This document shows, piece by piece, positions 38,752 to 48,903 of a stretch of 64,000 nucleotides of DNA. The notes under the pieces were generated by a model, which saw nothing but the letters and a program-made list of their open reading frames with translations, was not told the DNA's origin and made no database searches. This DNA is from Bacilli bacterium (lineage in GTDB: Bacteria > Bacillota_I > Bacilli_A > RF39 > UBA660), in NCBI GenBank assembly GCA_017542065.1, contig JAFXXX010000003.1, positions 12,049-76,048 of the forward strand, read 5' to 3'. Both the position numbers and the translations under genes were made by a program. Position 1 is the stretch's first letter. Each line of letters starts with the position of its first letter.

Positions 38752-41403
38752 TTATTTTCTCTTTTTTGATACATATATTAATGCAACCATTAATCCAGCT
38801 ATAAGAATTAATGTACCTGCAATAATTAAACCATATCTAATTAGTTTTCTACCAGTTTGAATTTCTATAATTAATTCAGCTTGTGCAGTAGAACCCTCTA
38901 ATTTCTTAGTTTGGTTAATAATAGTAGCAGATCCTTTAGCATAACCTTTTCTATCTAGTTTAATAACTGCACTATTATCTACATTAGCAAGTTCATATCC
39001 TTTAGGAGCTTCAATTTCAAGTATTCTATATGTAGTTCCTGGAGTCATATCTACAAATGTAGCAATACCATGAGATAAAGTAAATTGAACTTTACCATCT
39101 TCTGATTCTTTAAATACATTTGCTTGTGCTTGATATTGTCCTTCATTTTCTACAGATACTAATTTAATATCTTCATATTTATTAGTATCATCATTAAATC
39201 TTTGAATCTTGAATTTTCCACCAGATAAGTAATTACCATTTTCATCTACTTTATAGAAGTTAAATTCTTTAGTAGCATTAGAAATGCCTTCTGAACATGA
39301 TGCCTTATTATTAACAGTAGGTCCATCAGCTTTCATGTCTACTACTAACTTAGTATAAGCACCATCACCTTCAGGTAATACATATGGATCAATAGTTTCT
39401 ATTTCTTTTAAATAGTATGTTCCAACAGGAAGACTATTGATTTTAATATTACCATTAGCATCAGTAATAAATACTGTAGCACCGCTTATATCATTAGCAG
39501 TTCCAGAATATTGATATACTCCATTACTACTACTTGCTTTATAATATTTATCTTTTCCTTCATTTAATAAAACAAATTTAACACCTGCTAAAGGAAGACC
39601 TCCATTACCAGTTTTAATAATATTAACTTTAGTAATATAGTTCTTATAAGTTAATGTATTATTAACAGTTAAAGATGCATTCTTACATGTAGAATCATTC
39701 TTACAATCAAATATATCGTATTTATCTCCTACCTTAATATAATGCATTCTATCTTCTTCTTTAGAAGCTATTACATATGGACTAGGAGCAGCATGTTCAA
39801 CTACTTTATAAATTCCTTGTTCTAAGAATCTAATAGTATATGTAGAAAAATTATCATCTACTATACTTGTAACACTTCCATTTTCAGAATAACTATATAC
39901 ATTATTACTCTTATTAAATTTAACTTCAGTATTAAAGTTAGATCCTTTATAGATTTTGAATGTAACACCCTTTAATGGTTGATTACTTTCATTAACTTTA
40001 CTAATATTAAATGCTTTATAGTTATCTACAACTTTAACTTCAAATGCATGTTCAGTATCATTAAATGATGCTTGAACTTCACCAGTATTAGATGAACTAA
40101 TAGATCTAGTATTTAGGTTAATATTTAACTCAGTTTCATGAATCTTATCATATCCAAATGGTATATCAGTTTCATTAAGAAGATATATACCACTTCTTTC
40201 AAGTGAAACTTTACTAGTATCTCCATTAATATTAATCTTAACAGATGGATCATTCTTAAGAGTTAAAGTAAACTTAGAACCATCTATTCTAGATCCCTCT
40301 TGATTATATTTAACTATATATAATTGTGCTTCTTCTGTACCAACAGTAAACGATGCAGTATGAGTAGCTCCACCTTCACCATTGATTATTCTTTGCCACC
40401 ATTTATGTTCAGGGAAATCATAATACCACCATTTACTTGTTCCACTACCAACAACATAACTACAATTAATAGTTACATTATTAACAGGAACTGTAGAAGT
40501 AACTGTAGCATGGTCATTAGCAACAGAAACAGTTACGTTATCATTATTTACAGCATGGCAGTTAGAAGTAAATCCACCAAGTGCATTACTAATAACACCT
40601 GTTGTATATTTTTGTTGTTTTGAATCCCATCTCATAGTATAGTTTTTGAATAGTGCTGGAGCATAAGTATCTTCAGCTTTTCTTTTACTTCTATACTCTC
40701 TAGCAGCTTGAAGAGCTGCTTTATACTCTTTAAGCAAACTACTCTTTGGAGAAATAATAACATTATATGAACAACTAGAAGACATAGAACAAGCTTCAGG
40801 AACATCTTGAAGTCCTGTTCTTCCTCCACCCATTATTTCCCAAACAAGTATTTGCTTAACAAATATTTTTTCTTTTTCTGCTTTTGTACTAATTTTTTCA
40901 ATAGATGTAGTATGATCTTCAGAATAATGATATCCTGATGCTAATATATCTTGTAATGTTTCTACTTGTTCATCAGTAAGTGTAGCAGTAACATCACCAT
41001 CAATATTTCTTGCAACTAAACCTTCAAAATTATTATTGTAAACATATGCATCTAATTTAGGATGTCCTTCTTCATCAATAGCAATACCTCTATCTATACA
41101 ATATGCATGATAGTATTTACCATCAGATGACATAGCTTCATGGATATATTGTTTCTTTAATATACCAGTATGTTCATTTGGTCCTATATAGAACGATGGA
41201 GTTGAATCAGAACCCCAAACGTCCTTAATAGAAAATGATTTATTGTTATATTTATATGTATCAGAAATTACTTGGGCAGGACTACCCATTAATTTCGATA
41301 AGAAATTAAAGTTTAATCCTGCTTTCTTACCAAATACTACAGTAAATGGTATAGCAATCACTAATAATAAGACTAAGACATATAGTATTTTTTTCTTCTT
41401 CAT
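38752..41403 (-). CDS. Large surface protein: possible thioester (TQxA-type) domain plus four SpaA/Cna-B-like prealbumin-fold domains and a C-terminal sorting-signal-like anchor
   Basis: Signal peptide. YCID (C105) and KQILVW (Q187) resemble the thioester Cys/Gln motifs. Repeated G.(K/T)F.L...T...G...I..L..G.Y...E...P.GY modules. C-terminus IQTGRK + hydrophobic stretch + KKRK. ATG at 41403 with AGGTGA overlapping the upstream stop. Confidence 0.65.
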   Translation of the reverse strand: MKKKKILYVLVLLLVIAIPFTVVFGKKAGLNFNFLSKLMGSPAQVISDTYKYNNKSFSIKDVWGSDSTPSFYIGPNEHTGILKKQYIHEAMSSDGKYYHAYCIDRGIAIDEEGHPKLDAYVYNNNFEGLVARNIDGDVTATLTDEQVETLQDILASGYHYSEDHTTSIEKISTKAEKEKIFVKQILVWEIMGGGRTGLQDVPEACSMSSSCSYNVIISPKSSLLKEYKAALQAAREYRSKRKAEDTYAPALFKNYTMRWDSKQQKYTTGVISNALGGFTSNCHAVNNDNVTVSVANDHATVTSTVPVNNVTINCSYVVGSGTSKWWYYDFPEHKWWQRIINGEGGATHTASFTVGTEEAQLYIVKYNQEGSRIDGSKFTLTLKNDPSVKININGDTSKVSLERSGIYLLNETDIPFGYDKIHETELNINLNTRSISSSNTGEVQASFNDTEHAFEVKVVDNYKAFNISKVNESNQPLKGVTFKIYKGSNFNTEVKFNKSNNVYSYSENGSVTSIVDDNFSTYTIRFLEQGIYKVVEHAAPSPYVIASKEEDRMHYIKVGDKYDIFDCKNDSTCKNASLTVNNTLTYKNYITKVNIIKTGNGGLPLAGVKFVLLNEGKDKYYKASSSNGVYQYSGTANDISGATVFITDANGNIKINSLPVGTYYLKEIETIDPYVLPEGDGAYTKLVVDMKADGPTVNNKASCSEGISNATKEFNFYKVDENGNYLSGGKFKIQRFNDDTNKYEDIKLVSVENEGQYQAQANVFKESEDGKVQFTLSHGIATFVDMTPGTTYRILEIEAPKGYELANVDNSAVIKLDRKGYAKGSATIINQTKKLEGSTAQAELIIEIQTGRKLIRYGLIIAGTLILIAGLMVALIYVSKKRK

Positions 41404-41412
41404 ACTAATCAC

Positions 41413-44400
41413 CTACTCTCCGTTATTTCCTTGTGATCCAGTATTACCTGTATCAGTACCAGTATTAGGATCAGTTGTTTCTACTGGATTAGCATCTTCA
41501 AATGTAATTGAATTAAAATCAACACCAGATGTCTTTTCACCCATTAATATAGGTTGTTGTGCAGCCACTATATTAGTATATGTTCCACCTGTATTAGTAT
41601 CCAAATCAAGTACTAATTTAAAGTATTGTCTATCTCCTGGTAATAATAATTTATCTTGAAGACCTGTATAATATAGAACTCCATCATAAATTGTCCAGTC
41701 TTTATTTTCTTCTAAACTTCCATCAAATGTCATACCTGCTGGAACTAAGTCAGCAATTATTCCAATATAACCTGGGAAGTATTTAGTATTAACTATATCA
41801 AAGCTATAAGTTACTCTAAATTTAGTATTCTTAATATTTCTAATATCTATATTAACCTTAGTAGCTTTTTCATATTCATATGTCTTAACACCTTGACTAG
41901 ATGTTTGAACAATATTAGTTATATATTTATTAATTTCTACAGCAAAGTCTTTTCTAATTCTTAATCCTAAGTTTATATAATTCTTATTTTCAGAACCATT
42001 TTGACTAGTTAAAGTAATAATATCAGAAACAGCTTCATTATCAACTTGATTCTTAGCTATAGACTTAGAATTAACTTGCTTACTAGCATCTCCACCAGCA
42101 TATTTATTACTTGGTGTATATTTATTACCATCATATCTAAATAATACATAATAGTTTCCTGTATTTAAACCACTAAATGTATATGAACCATTAGCATCTG
42201 TTGATGTAGTAGCTACTAATTCATCATTTTCAGAATTAATATATGCATTTGGATTTGATGCATCATCTGCATTATATTCTGCATTATTTAATTTATATAA
42301 TTCTACTACTATATCCTTCATTTGGTCTTCACCAACTTCATAGATATCACTATAGTTATAATCTTCAAATACAAATCCAGATATTTGTCTACTATAAACT
42401 TCTACAAGTGATTCTGATGAATAGAAGAATATTCTACTACTTAATGCATTTGGATCACATGGTGTTTCAGGATCTTCATCATATCTTCCATCACACTCAG
42501 GAGCAAATCCATTAGGTCTATCTACTGCTAAAGTAAATCCATTATAATATGCATCTGCCTGAGCATTCTTAACTGGTGTAACAATTACATTAACTCCGTT
42601 TTCAGAAACAAAGTATGTATCAATATCCCAGTTTTCATCTTTAACAATCTTAATAGCTGTAGCTTCAACTTCAGTAGTTGGATTAGTCCATTTAGTCCAG
42701 TTAGTTGAACTATCAGAATTAATTAAGTTATTAATATCACTAATTACATTAGTAGCAGTATCAGTTGTATAGTATGCTGTGTAACCAGTTAAATTATCAT
42801 TAATTTTTACTTTATAAGTAGCATTTGTAAATTTCTTATTGTATGACTTATAGTTATAGTCTTCAATATATGGAAGCATATAATATAATGTTGCATTTTC
42901 ATAAGCATATCCTGCATTACTTGCATCACTAGAATTATTATAAGCTTTCATAGTATAAGTATATGGTTCTGCTTTTTCAATATATCTTGGAGCAGCATTA
43001 CCAAATGTGCTTATATAAGAACTGTTATAAAGAGTTATAGTATCAGAAACAGTAGTCTTATATGGAATAGATGTTCTATTATCTAATACTCTATGAATAT
43101 CACTATTATCTACTATATATCCTTCCATATCAGCAGAAGCACTAATTTCAGTTTGTGTTCCTGACTTAGTATTCATGAATATATCTGTAAATATAGATAA
43201 TGTATTAACAGCACCATTAGTTATTTCATCTCTTTCAAAATCATATACATAAATTATATAATCAGGATCATCATCAATAACTCTTGATGGTGTTTTTTCC
43301 ATTCTCTTAGAACTATCACCATTATTTACTAATATTTCTGCATATAAGTAATTTAATGTTCTTGGAATTGTAACAGCAATTCCTGCATGATCATATTCAA
43401 TAGTATCTATATCAGAAGATGCACTAACTTGAATTCTCCATTCAATTGGATAATCATAGAATGAAGTTTTAGGATAGTTATTAAAGTATGATACTACTGA
43501 AGGATTATTAACTCTAAATCCCATAATATGAACAGTATCACCTGAAATATTACATAATGCTTCACCATTACATGGATTAGTATTATTAGAAAGTAATAAT
43601 CTATTTTCAAAACTGTATTTACTTTTTCCATAGTTATTAACGTTCTTAGCATTAGTAACATCACTAGTATTAATATTCTTTGATAAATAATATAAATCTA
43701 AATCATTAGTTGTAGGATTCTTAAAGTATCCTGTTGATAAAGTAGATATTTGATATGAATGATCAATTAAACCAATTTGATTCTTTCTAATTTTACCTGC
43801 TAAAGATACTTTAGCTGTTAATGAAGCATTAGCATTCATTTCATCAGATGATTTATCACCAAATATTGCTTTAACAATTATTATTGGAAGATCAGATGTA
43901 TCTTCGTCTTGTAAACTCCATACGAACGGACTATTTTCACCAGTCTTTTCAACTATACATGGTCCGCCATAAAGGTTCATTATGTTTTCTGTAGTTAATC
44001 CATCAAATGATGCAGGACAACCAGCAACACCAGTTAAATCAAAGTATTCTGAAGTCCACTCACCTTGACCATATTTTAAACTAGCCATTGGAGCACCAAT
44101 AATACCACTATCTTCTTTAGTAATTAAGAATGCAGTAGGATCAATTTTAATATAGTTATCTAATTCTGATAAATCATCACCTTTACCATCAGTAGCATAA
44201 GCAATAGTTTCTACTACTCTAAATCTTTGATTGTAATTTAAATAAGCATTACCAGAAATTAATGGAGTTGCATCTCCAGGATCCTTTGATACTTCACCAG
44301 CGTATATATCAACTTGTGAAACAAAGCTACCAACGAATTTTTCATAATAATCTGTAACAGTAACAGTTCCACCTTGAAGCTTATTATATTCTGTTCCAGG

Positions 44401-45540
44401 AACAACTAAATTAGTTGTAGCAACATTAAATGTTCTATCATTTCTATCTGTTGCAGATCTACCTGCTTTAAGTTCAAATGAAGCAGAACCAACATATGAA
44501 CTATTACCATCATATTTTAAACTGCTAACAGTTAATAAATTATTTTCAAATGTAATTGTATTACCAAGTGATGGTAATTGATTAATACCATCTACGAATA
44601 TATCATATTGTTTTGAAGGATCTTTATATGCTGCCATAGAATTTTCAACATATTGAAGATTTAATACACTAGCATCTTCAGAAGCCCAGTTAACATTAAA
44701 TGAAACACTAGATGGAACATAAATACCAACAGTCTTTTCAACTTTAACACCAATACCTATTGGATAAGTCTTTTGTCCAACATTATCAGTAGAAGGAGCT
44801 CCTTGATATACCTCAACATCATAATCATATGTACCTGTCATTGTAGTTAAACAGTTAGTAACAGTATTAGGGCAAGTAACATTTCCTGTAGGATTAGCAG
44901 CAAATGCTTCTTTTTCATCTGGATTTAATTCCTCAATTGATTTACTATCAGCATCAGTAGCTTCCTTCATAATAACAATTGGAGTAAAGCTAGCACCAAC
45001 AGTTTGTGTATTAACATTTTCTAAAGTGAAACTAAACTCTGATGGATTTAAAGTGCTTGATGTAGGAATATTATGCATTGCAAAATGGAAATAACTATAA
45101 TTTTCTCCTAAAGTCTTAGAAGTTACACTTCCATCAGCACCAGAAGATGTTAATGTAGCATTAATATTCTTTGGAATAATAACATCAACAACAACGCTTC
45201 TACCTTCTACTGGAGTAGTTAATGTTTCAGTTTTATGTTCTAAAACATATTCTACGTTATATGTAATACTATCAAAGTTTCTAAGTACTCCATTAGAAGC
45301 AGATGCATCTTTACCATGAGTATCTGTATCAGCATCAAGTTCTGCATGAGCATCTGCAATTGACTTAACAACTGCACTATTATCTTTAATTTTTAATTTG
45401 TTTTCATATTCATCATCTGTAGCAAATACTCCATATAGAATAAATGAAGTTGCTATAGTAAATGCAATTATGAAAGCAATTACTTTGTGTTTATAAATAA
45501 AATCAATGGTTTTCCAAAAACCTTTCTTAATTTTTTCCAT
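41413..45540 (-). CDS. Giant secreted/anchored surface protein (1375 aa) with C-terminal SdrD-B/Cna-B-like and DUF11-like domains
   Basis: N-terminal signal anchor. ISGFVFEDYN...TDANGSYTFSGLNTGNYYVLF (SdrD B-like), then a DUF11-like beta-sandwich. No C-terminal anchor. The stop abuts the next gene's RBS. Confidence 0.65.
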   Translation of the reverse strand: MEKIKKGFWKTIDFIYKHKVIAFIIAFTIATSFILYGVFATDDEYENKLKIKDNSAVVKSIADAHAELDADTDTHGKDASASNGVLRNFDSITYNVEYVLEHKTETLTTPVEGRSVVVDVIIPKNINATLTSSGADGSVTSKTLGENYSYFHFAMHNIPTSSTLNPSEFSFTLENVNTQTVGASFTPIVIMKEATDADSKSIEELNPDEKEAFAANPTGNVTCPNTVTNCLTTMTGTYDYDVEVYQGAPSTDNVGQKTYPIGIGVKVEKTVGIYVPSSVSFNVNWASEDASVLNLQYVENSMAAYKDPSKQYDIFVDGINQLPSLGNTITFENNLLTVSSLKYDGNSSYVGSASFELKAGRSATDRNDRTFNVATTNLVVPGTEYNKLQGGTVTVTDYYEKFVGSFVSQVDIYAGEVSKDPGDATPLISGNAYLNYNQRFRVVETIAYATDGKGDDLSELDNYIKIDPTAFLITKEDSGIIGAPMASLKYGQGEWTSEYFDLTGVAGCPASFDGLTTENIMNLYGGPCIVEKTGENSPFVWSLQDEDTSDLPIIIVKAIFGDKSSDEMNANASLTAKVSLAGKIRKNQIGLIDHSYQISTLSTGYFKNPTTNDLDLYYLSKNINTSDVTNAKNVNNYGKSKYSFENRLLLSNNTNPCNGEALCNISGDTVHIMGFRVNNPSVVSYFNNYPKTSFYDYPIEWRIQVSASSDIDTIEYDHAGIAVTIPRTLNYLYAEILVNNGDSSKRMEKTPSRVIDDDPDYIIYVYDFERDEITNGAVNTLSIFTDIFMNTKSGTQTEISASADMEGYIVDNSDIHRVLDNRTSIPYKTTVSDTITLYNSSYISTFGNAAPRYIEKAEPYTYTMKAYNNSSDASNAGYAYENATLYYMLPYIEDYNYKSYNKKFTNATYKVKINDNLTGYTAYYTTDTATNVISDINNLINSDSSTNWTKWTNPTTEVEATAIKIVKDENWDIDTYFVSENGVNVIVTPVKNAQADAYYNGFTLAVDRPNGFAPECDGRYDEDPETPCDPNALSSRIFFYSSESLVEVYSRQISGFVFEDYNYSDIYEVGEDQMKDIVVELYKLNNAEYNADDASNPNAYINSENDELVATTSTDANGSYTFSGLNTGNYYVLFRYDGNKYTPSNKYAGGDASKQVNSKSIAKNQVDNEAVSDIITLTSQNGSENKNYINLGLRIRKDFAVEINKYITNIVQTSSQGVKTYEYEKATKVNIDIRNIKNTKFRVTYSFDIVNTKYFPGYIGIIADLVPAGMTFDGSLEENKDWTIYDGVLYYTGLQDKLLLPGDRQYFKLVLDLDTNTGGTYTNIVAAQQPILMGEKTSGVDFNSITFEDANPVETTDPNTGTDTGNTGSQGNNGE

Positions 45541-45589
45541 GTATACACACTCCCTATACTATTATATATACAATTATTATATCATATAA

Positions 45590-45621
45590 CAAAAAAAAGA
45601 GAAAACATTTTCTCTTTTTTA
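45590..45621. terminator. Rho-independent terminator after rmuC
   Basis: agagaaa-acat-tttctct flanked by A8 and T6. Confidence 0.6.
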
Positions 45622-45631
45622 TTAATTAAAA

Positions 45632-46693
45632 TTAATCTTCAATTTTTTCTATTTCAACGCCGTTAATACTATCAAATCTCTTAGTAATTTTATCAGTTGT
45701 TATGTGGATATCTTCAACATCTTTAGAAACAGTTTCAATACTTCTAGATAATTTATCCCATCTTTCTTTATATCTACCAAATTCTACTGATAACTTACTA
45801 AGTTCTGATTGAATAACTTTAGCATATTTATCTCTTTCACTATTCTTAATTATTACTTCAATTGTAGTTAAAGTACTCATTAAAGTAGTTGGAGATGTAA
45901 TCCAAACTCTCTTCTTATAAGCATACTCAATAATATCATTATGATAAGCGTTTAGTTCTGCAAATATAGCTTCAGCAGGCAAAAACATAATTGCTTGATC
46001 TGATGTAACACCTGGAATTATATATTTATCTGCAATAGCATCTATATGTTTTTTAACATCTTGTTTAAATAATTTCTCAGCAGTGTCTCTAGAAGCTTTA
46101 TCAAACTTTTTATCTACCATAATTCTATAGTTCTCTAAAGGGAACTTAGAGTCTATTGCTACCAAACCTAGTGGTTCTGGAGCAAATACTACTGCATCAG
46201 CGATAGTATTATTATCAAATGAGAATTGAGTTTTATAAACCTTATCATTCTTTTCTCCAAATACAGATGCAAGAATATGATTTAAGTTAACTTCTCCAAA
46301 TATACCTCTACTCTTTTTATCAGTAAGTATTCCTTGAAGAGATACAATATCAGATGATAAACTATCTATTTTCTTTTGAGCTTCATCAATCTTACTAAGT
46401 CTTTCTAAAACATCTCCAAATGTCTTATTAGTCTTTTCAAAATTAACATCCAATCTTTCGTTAACTTTATTATCTATTTGATTAAGTCTATTTTCTATTC
46501 TTTCATTCATCTTAATAAAATCTTCATTAAAATTTCTATTAATATCAGATTTAAAATCTCCTAGTTCCTTAGTTAAATTAACATGCATATCATTAACTTT
46601 ATCAGTTATTTTACCTTCATTAATATTCTTAAATAATGAAATAACAGTTAATATAATTAAAACTACTAACAATCCAATAATTATATATTCCAT
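45632..46693 (-). CDS. rmuC: DNA recombination protein RmuC
   Basis: N-terminal TM, a coiled coil, and a C-terminal RmuC nuclease-like region (DAVVFAPEP...IDSKFPLE...MFLPAEAIF). Confidence 0.85.
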   Translation of the reverse strand: MEYIIIGLLVVLIILTVISLFKNINEGKITDKVNDMHVNLTKELGDFKSDINRNFNEDFIKMNERIENRLNQIDNKVNERLDVNFEKTNKTFGDVLERLSKIDEAQKKIDSLSSDIVSLQGILTDKKSRGIFGEVNLNHILASVFGEKNDKVYKTQFSFDNNTIADAVVFAPEPLGLVAIDSKFPLENYRIMVDKKFDKASRDTAEKLFKQDVKKHIDAIADKYIIPGVTSDQAIMFLPAEAIFAELNAYHNDIIEYAYKKRVWITSPTTLMSTLTTIEVIIKNSERDKYAKVIQSELSKLSVEFGRYKERWDKLSRSIETVSKDVEDIHITTDKITKRFDSINGVEIEKIED

Positions 46694-46694
46694 A

Positions 46695-47273
46695 CTAAAC
46701 CTCCCATTTAAATATCTTACTTAATACTTTACTAATTACATAAGTAGCTACAAGCATACCTATTATTATTAAAATAGTTTTCCAGTCAGTTATACTTTCA
46801 GTAATACTTTTTCCAATAAATACCCAGAATAATATCATTGGAATCTTACCTATAGAGATACCTATAATAAACTTCTTAGTATCTAAATTAGCTAAACCTG
46901 CTGAAACATTTACTAGAAATGCTGGAGTAAATGGTAAAGCTGTTAAAACTGCAAGTTGAGGAATAGTAGTACTCTTCATCTTACTCTTTAACTTCTTTAC
47001 TTTTTCTTTCTCATTAAATCTAGTAAATAATTTATTATCAACTTTTTTAAATAACATATATGATATAAAACATCCGATTAAAGTACCTATATAAGAAATA
47101 ACGAATCCTATAAAAATACCAAATGCAGATACATTAAATGTAATAAAAACTCCAAGAGGAACTAATATAGGATAAATAGAGTTAATTATTATAACTAACA
47201 TGCCTCCTAAAGGACCCCAAGAAACTAAATATTTTGTTATTATATCAAGTATATTCTGTAATTGTGCAAGCAT
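46695..47273 (-). CDS. TVP38/TMEM64 (DedA/SNARE-associated) family membrane protein
   Basis: Multi-TM 192-aa protein with the typical ...LPFTPAFLVNVSAGL... segment. Confidence 0.7.
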   Translation of the reverse strand: MLAQLQNILDIITKYLVSWGPLGGMLVIIINSIYPILVPLGVFITFNVSAFGIFIGFVISYIGTLIGCFISYMLFKKVDNKLFTRFNEKEKVKKLKSKMKSTTIPQLAVLTALPFTPAFLVNVSAGLANLDTKKFIIGISIGKIPMILFWVFIGKSITESITDWKTILIIIGMLVATYVISKVLSKIFKWEV

Positions 47274-47307
47274 TTATAACACCCTCTATTCACATATTTA
47301 ATTATAA

Positions 47308-47337
47308 CAAAAAAACTGGTATTTAACCAGTTTTTTA
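47308..47337 (-). terminator. Rho-independent terminator after hsp20
   Basis: Minus strand: aaactggt-taaat-accagttt followed by a T-run. Confidence 0.65.
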
Positions 47338-47724
47338 TTAATCAATATCTATTTGTTTTCTATTTGATTCTAATTCTTTTTTAGTTGCTTCTATCTTTAA
47401 TACTCCATTATTAAATGAAGCTTTAATAGAACTTTCATCTATATCTCCTAGGTAGAATGCTCTTTGAATACTTGAAGAAGAATGTCTTTCTCTTCTTAGA
47501 TATTTTTTATTACTATTATCTACTTCATCTTCATTTTTTTCAGCAGTAATAATAATAGATTCATCTTCAGTTTCTATTTTGATATCATTTTTATCAAATC
47601 CATATACTGAAGCTTCTACAACGTATTTACCATCTTCTTCGTAGATATCACAATCCATTCTTTCCTTTGGAGCTCTTGGAGCGTCTAAAAACATATCATC
47701 AAAAAATCTATCTGGTAACATCAT
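47338..47724 (-). CDS. Hsp20/alpha-crystallin small heat-shock protein
   Basis: Alpha-crystallin domain (DIYEEDGKYVVEASVYGFDKNDIKIE...FNNGVLKIE). Confidence 0.88.
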   Translation of the reverse strand: MMLPDRFFDDMFLDAPRAPKERMDCDIYEEDGKYVVEASVYGFDKNDIKIETEDESIIITAEKNEDEVDNSNKKYLRRERHSSSSIQRAFYLGDIDESSIKASFNNGVLKIEATKKELESNRKQIDID

Positions 47725-47784
47725 AAAACATCTCTCCCTTCGTTACTAAGATAAAATCCTGTGGATTATTACCTCCATAATTAA

Positions 47785-47813
47785 AGTATAGCACTTTCGT
47801 TAGCACTTGTCAA
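47785..47813 (-). promoter_or_regulatory. Sigma-A promoter of hsp20
   Basis: Minus strand: TTGACA (47813-47808), 17-nt spacer, TATACT (47790-47785). Confidence 0.6.
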
Positions 47814-47826
47814 TAGAGAGTGCTAA
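47800..47826. promoter_or_regulatory. CIRCE operator (HrcA binding site)
   Basis: TTAGCACTT-N9-GAGTGCTAA against the consensus TTAGCACTC-N9-GAGTGCTAA (one mismatch). The -35 box lies in its spacer. Confidence 0.8.
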
Positions 47827-47829
47827 TTA

Positions 47830-48903
47830 TTACATAAATCTGTTTTCTATGTTAAGAGATACTATTATTTTAAGTAGTTCAGCAGTCATTTCCTTAACTT
47901 TAGGATTCATAGTTTTAGCACTCTTTGCTACTTCAAATACTAGTTTTAAATTCTTTTTAAAATCAATTAGAGTTACTATTCCATTATCTGAAAGTAGTTT
48001 ACCTACACTTTCAACGAACTCTCTTTTTTCTTCATAATTATAATTATCTAACCACTTAGTAAATCCTTCATTTAATATCTTACTAAATTTACTAACTTCT
48101 TTAGTTTTAAAATGATCATCATCTATTTGCCAACTTAAAACATCATGGGAAAACCCAACTGGTTTATCAGATTCAACACTAATAAAAAATGTATCTTGGT
48201 ATAAAAGCATGCCTACTATAGAGTTATATGGACAAATATGAACATATTTACTATCTAAGTCTTGATATCTTGGACTATTCATATCTTCTTTTCTTAAACC
48301 CTGTCCATCATTACTATATACATTTATAATTCTTTTATAAATATTCTTTCTACATTTAAGAGCTGCTACTAAAGCAATATTACCACCCTTAGAATGTCCG
48401 CCAAGAATAATCTTTTTTCTATTAAACATAAAATATCTATTTAAATATTTAATAGCATTAATATGAGCAGTTACTGGAAATTCATAACTCATTTTAGCAT
48501 CTTCTATCCAGCCGCTAATTAACTTATCAGTTCCACCAAAACCAACATATACAACCTTTTTATTTAATTCAAAAGTAATACATGAAAACTGACTTTCATC
48601 TGATGAAATATACTTACAATTATATAAAAGAATATCTCTATATCTTTTAGTACTTTTAATTTCTTTTAAAACTTTAATAGCTTCTTTTACAGCAGGTACA
48701 TCTTCTATTACTACATTTCCATTAATAGTTAAAAAATCTAATGCAGCATCCTCTAACCTTATTTTATTTCTATTATTATTAGATACTATATTAGAAAAAT
48801 TTATATACGACAAAAGAGATAATATTGCATTATCTACTTCATTAAATGATTTCTCTTTAAAAGAGTAATCTCCATATTTTTTAATATAATCTATTATATT
48901 CAT
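47830..48903 (-). CDS. DUF2974 (Mbeg1-like) alpha/beta-hydrolase/lipase-like protein
   Basis: Nucleophile elbow GGHSKGG. N-terminal LSLLSYINF pattern typical of DUF2974. Confidence 0.65.
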   Translation of the reverse strand: MNIIDYIKKYGDYSFKEKSFNEVDNAILSLLSYINFSNIVSNNNRNKIRLEDAALDFLTINGNVVIEDVPAVKEAIKVLKEIKSTKRYRDILLYNCKYISSDESQFSCITFELNKKVVYVGFGGTDKLISGWIEDAKMSYEFPVTAHINAIKYLNRYFMFNRKKIILGGHSKGGNIALVAALKCRKNIYKRIINVYSNDGQGLRKEDMNSPRYQDLDSKYVHICPYNSIVGMLLYQDTFFISVESDKPVGFSHDVLSWQIDDDHFKTKEVSKFSKILNEGFTKWLDNYNYEEKREFVESVGKLLSDNGIVTLIDFKKNLKLVFEVAKSAKTMNPKVKEMTAELLKIIVSLNIENRFM

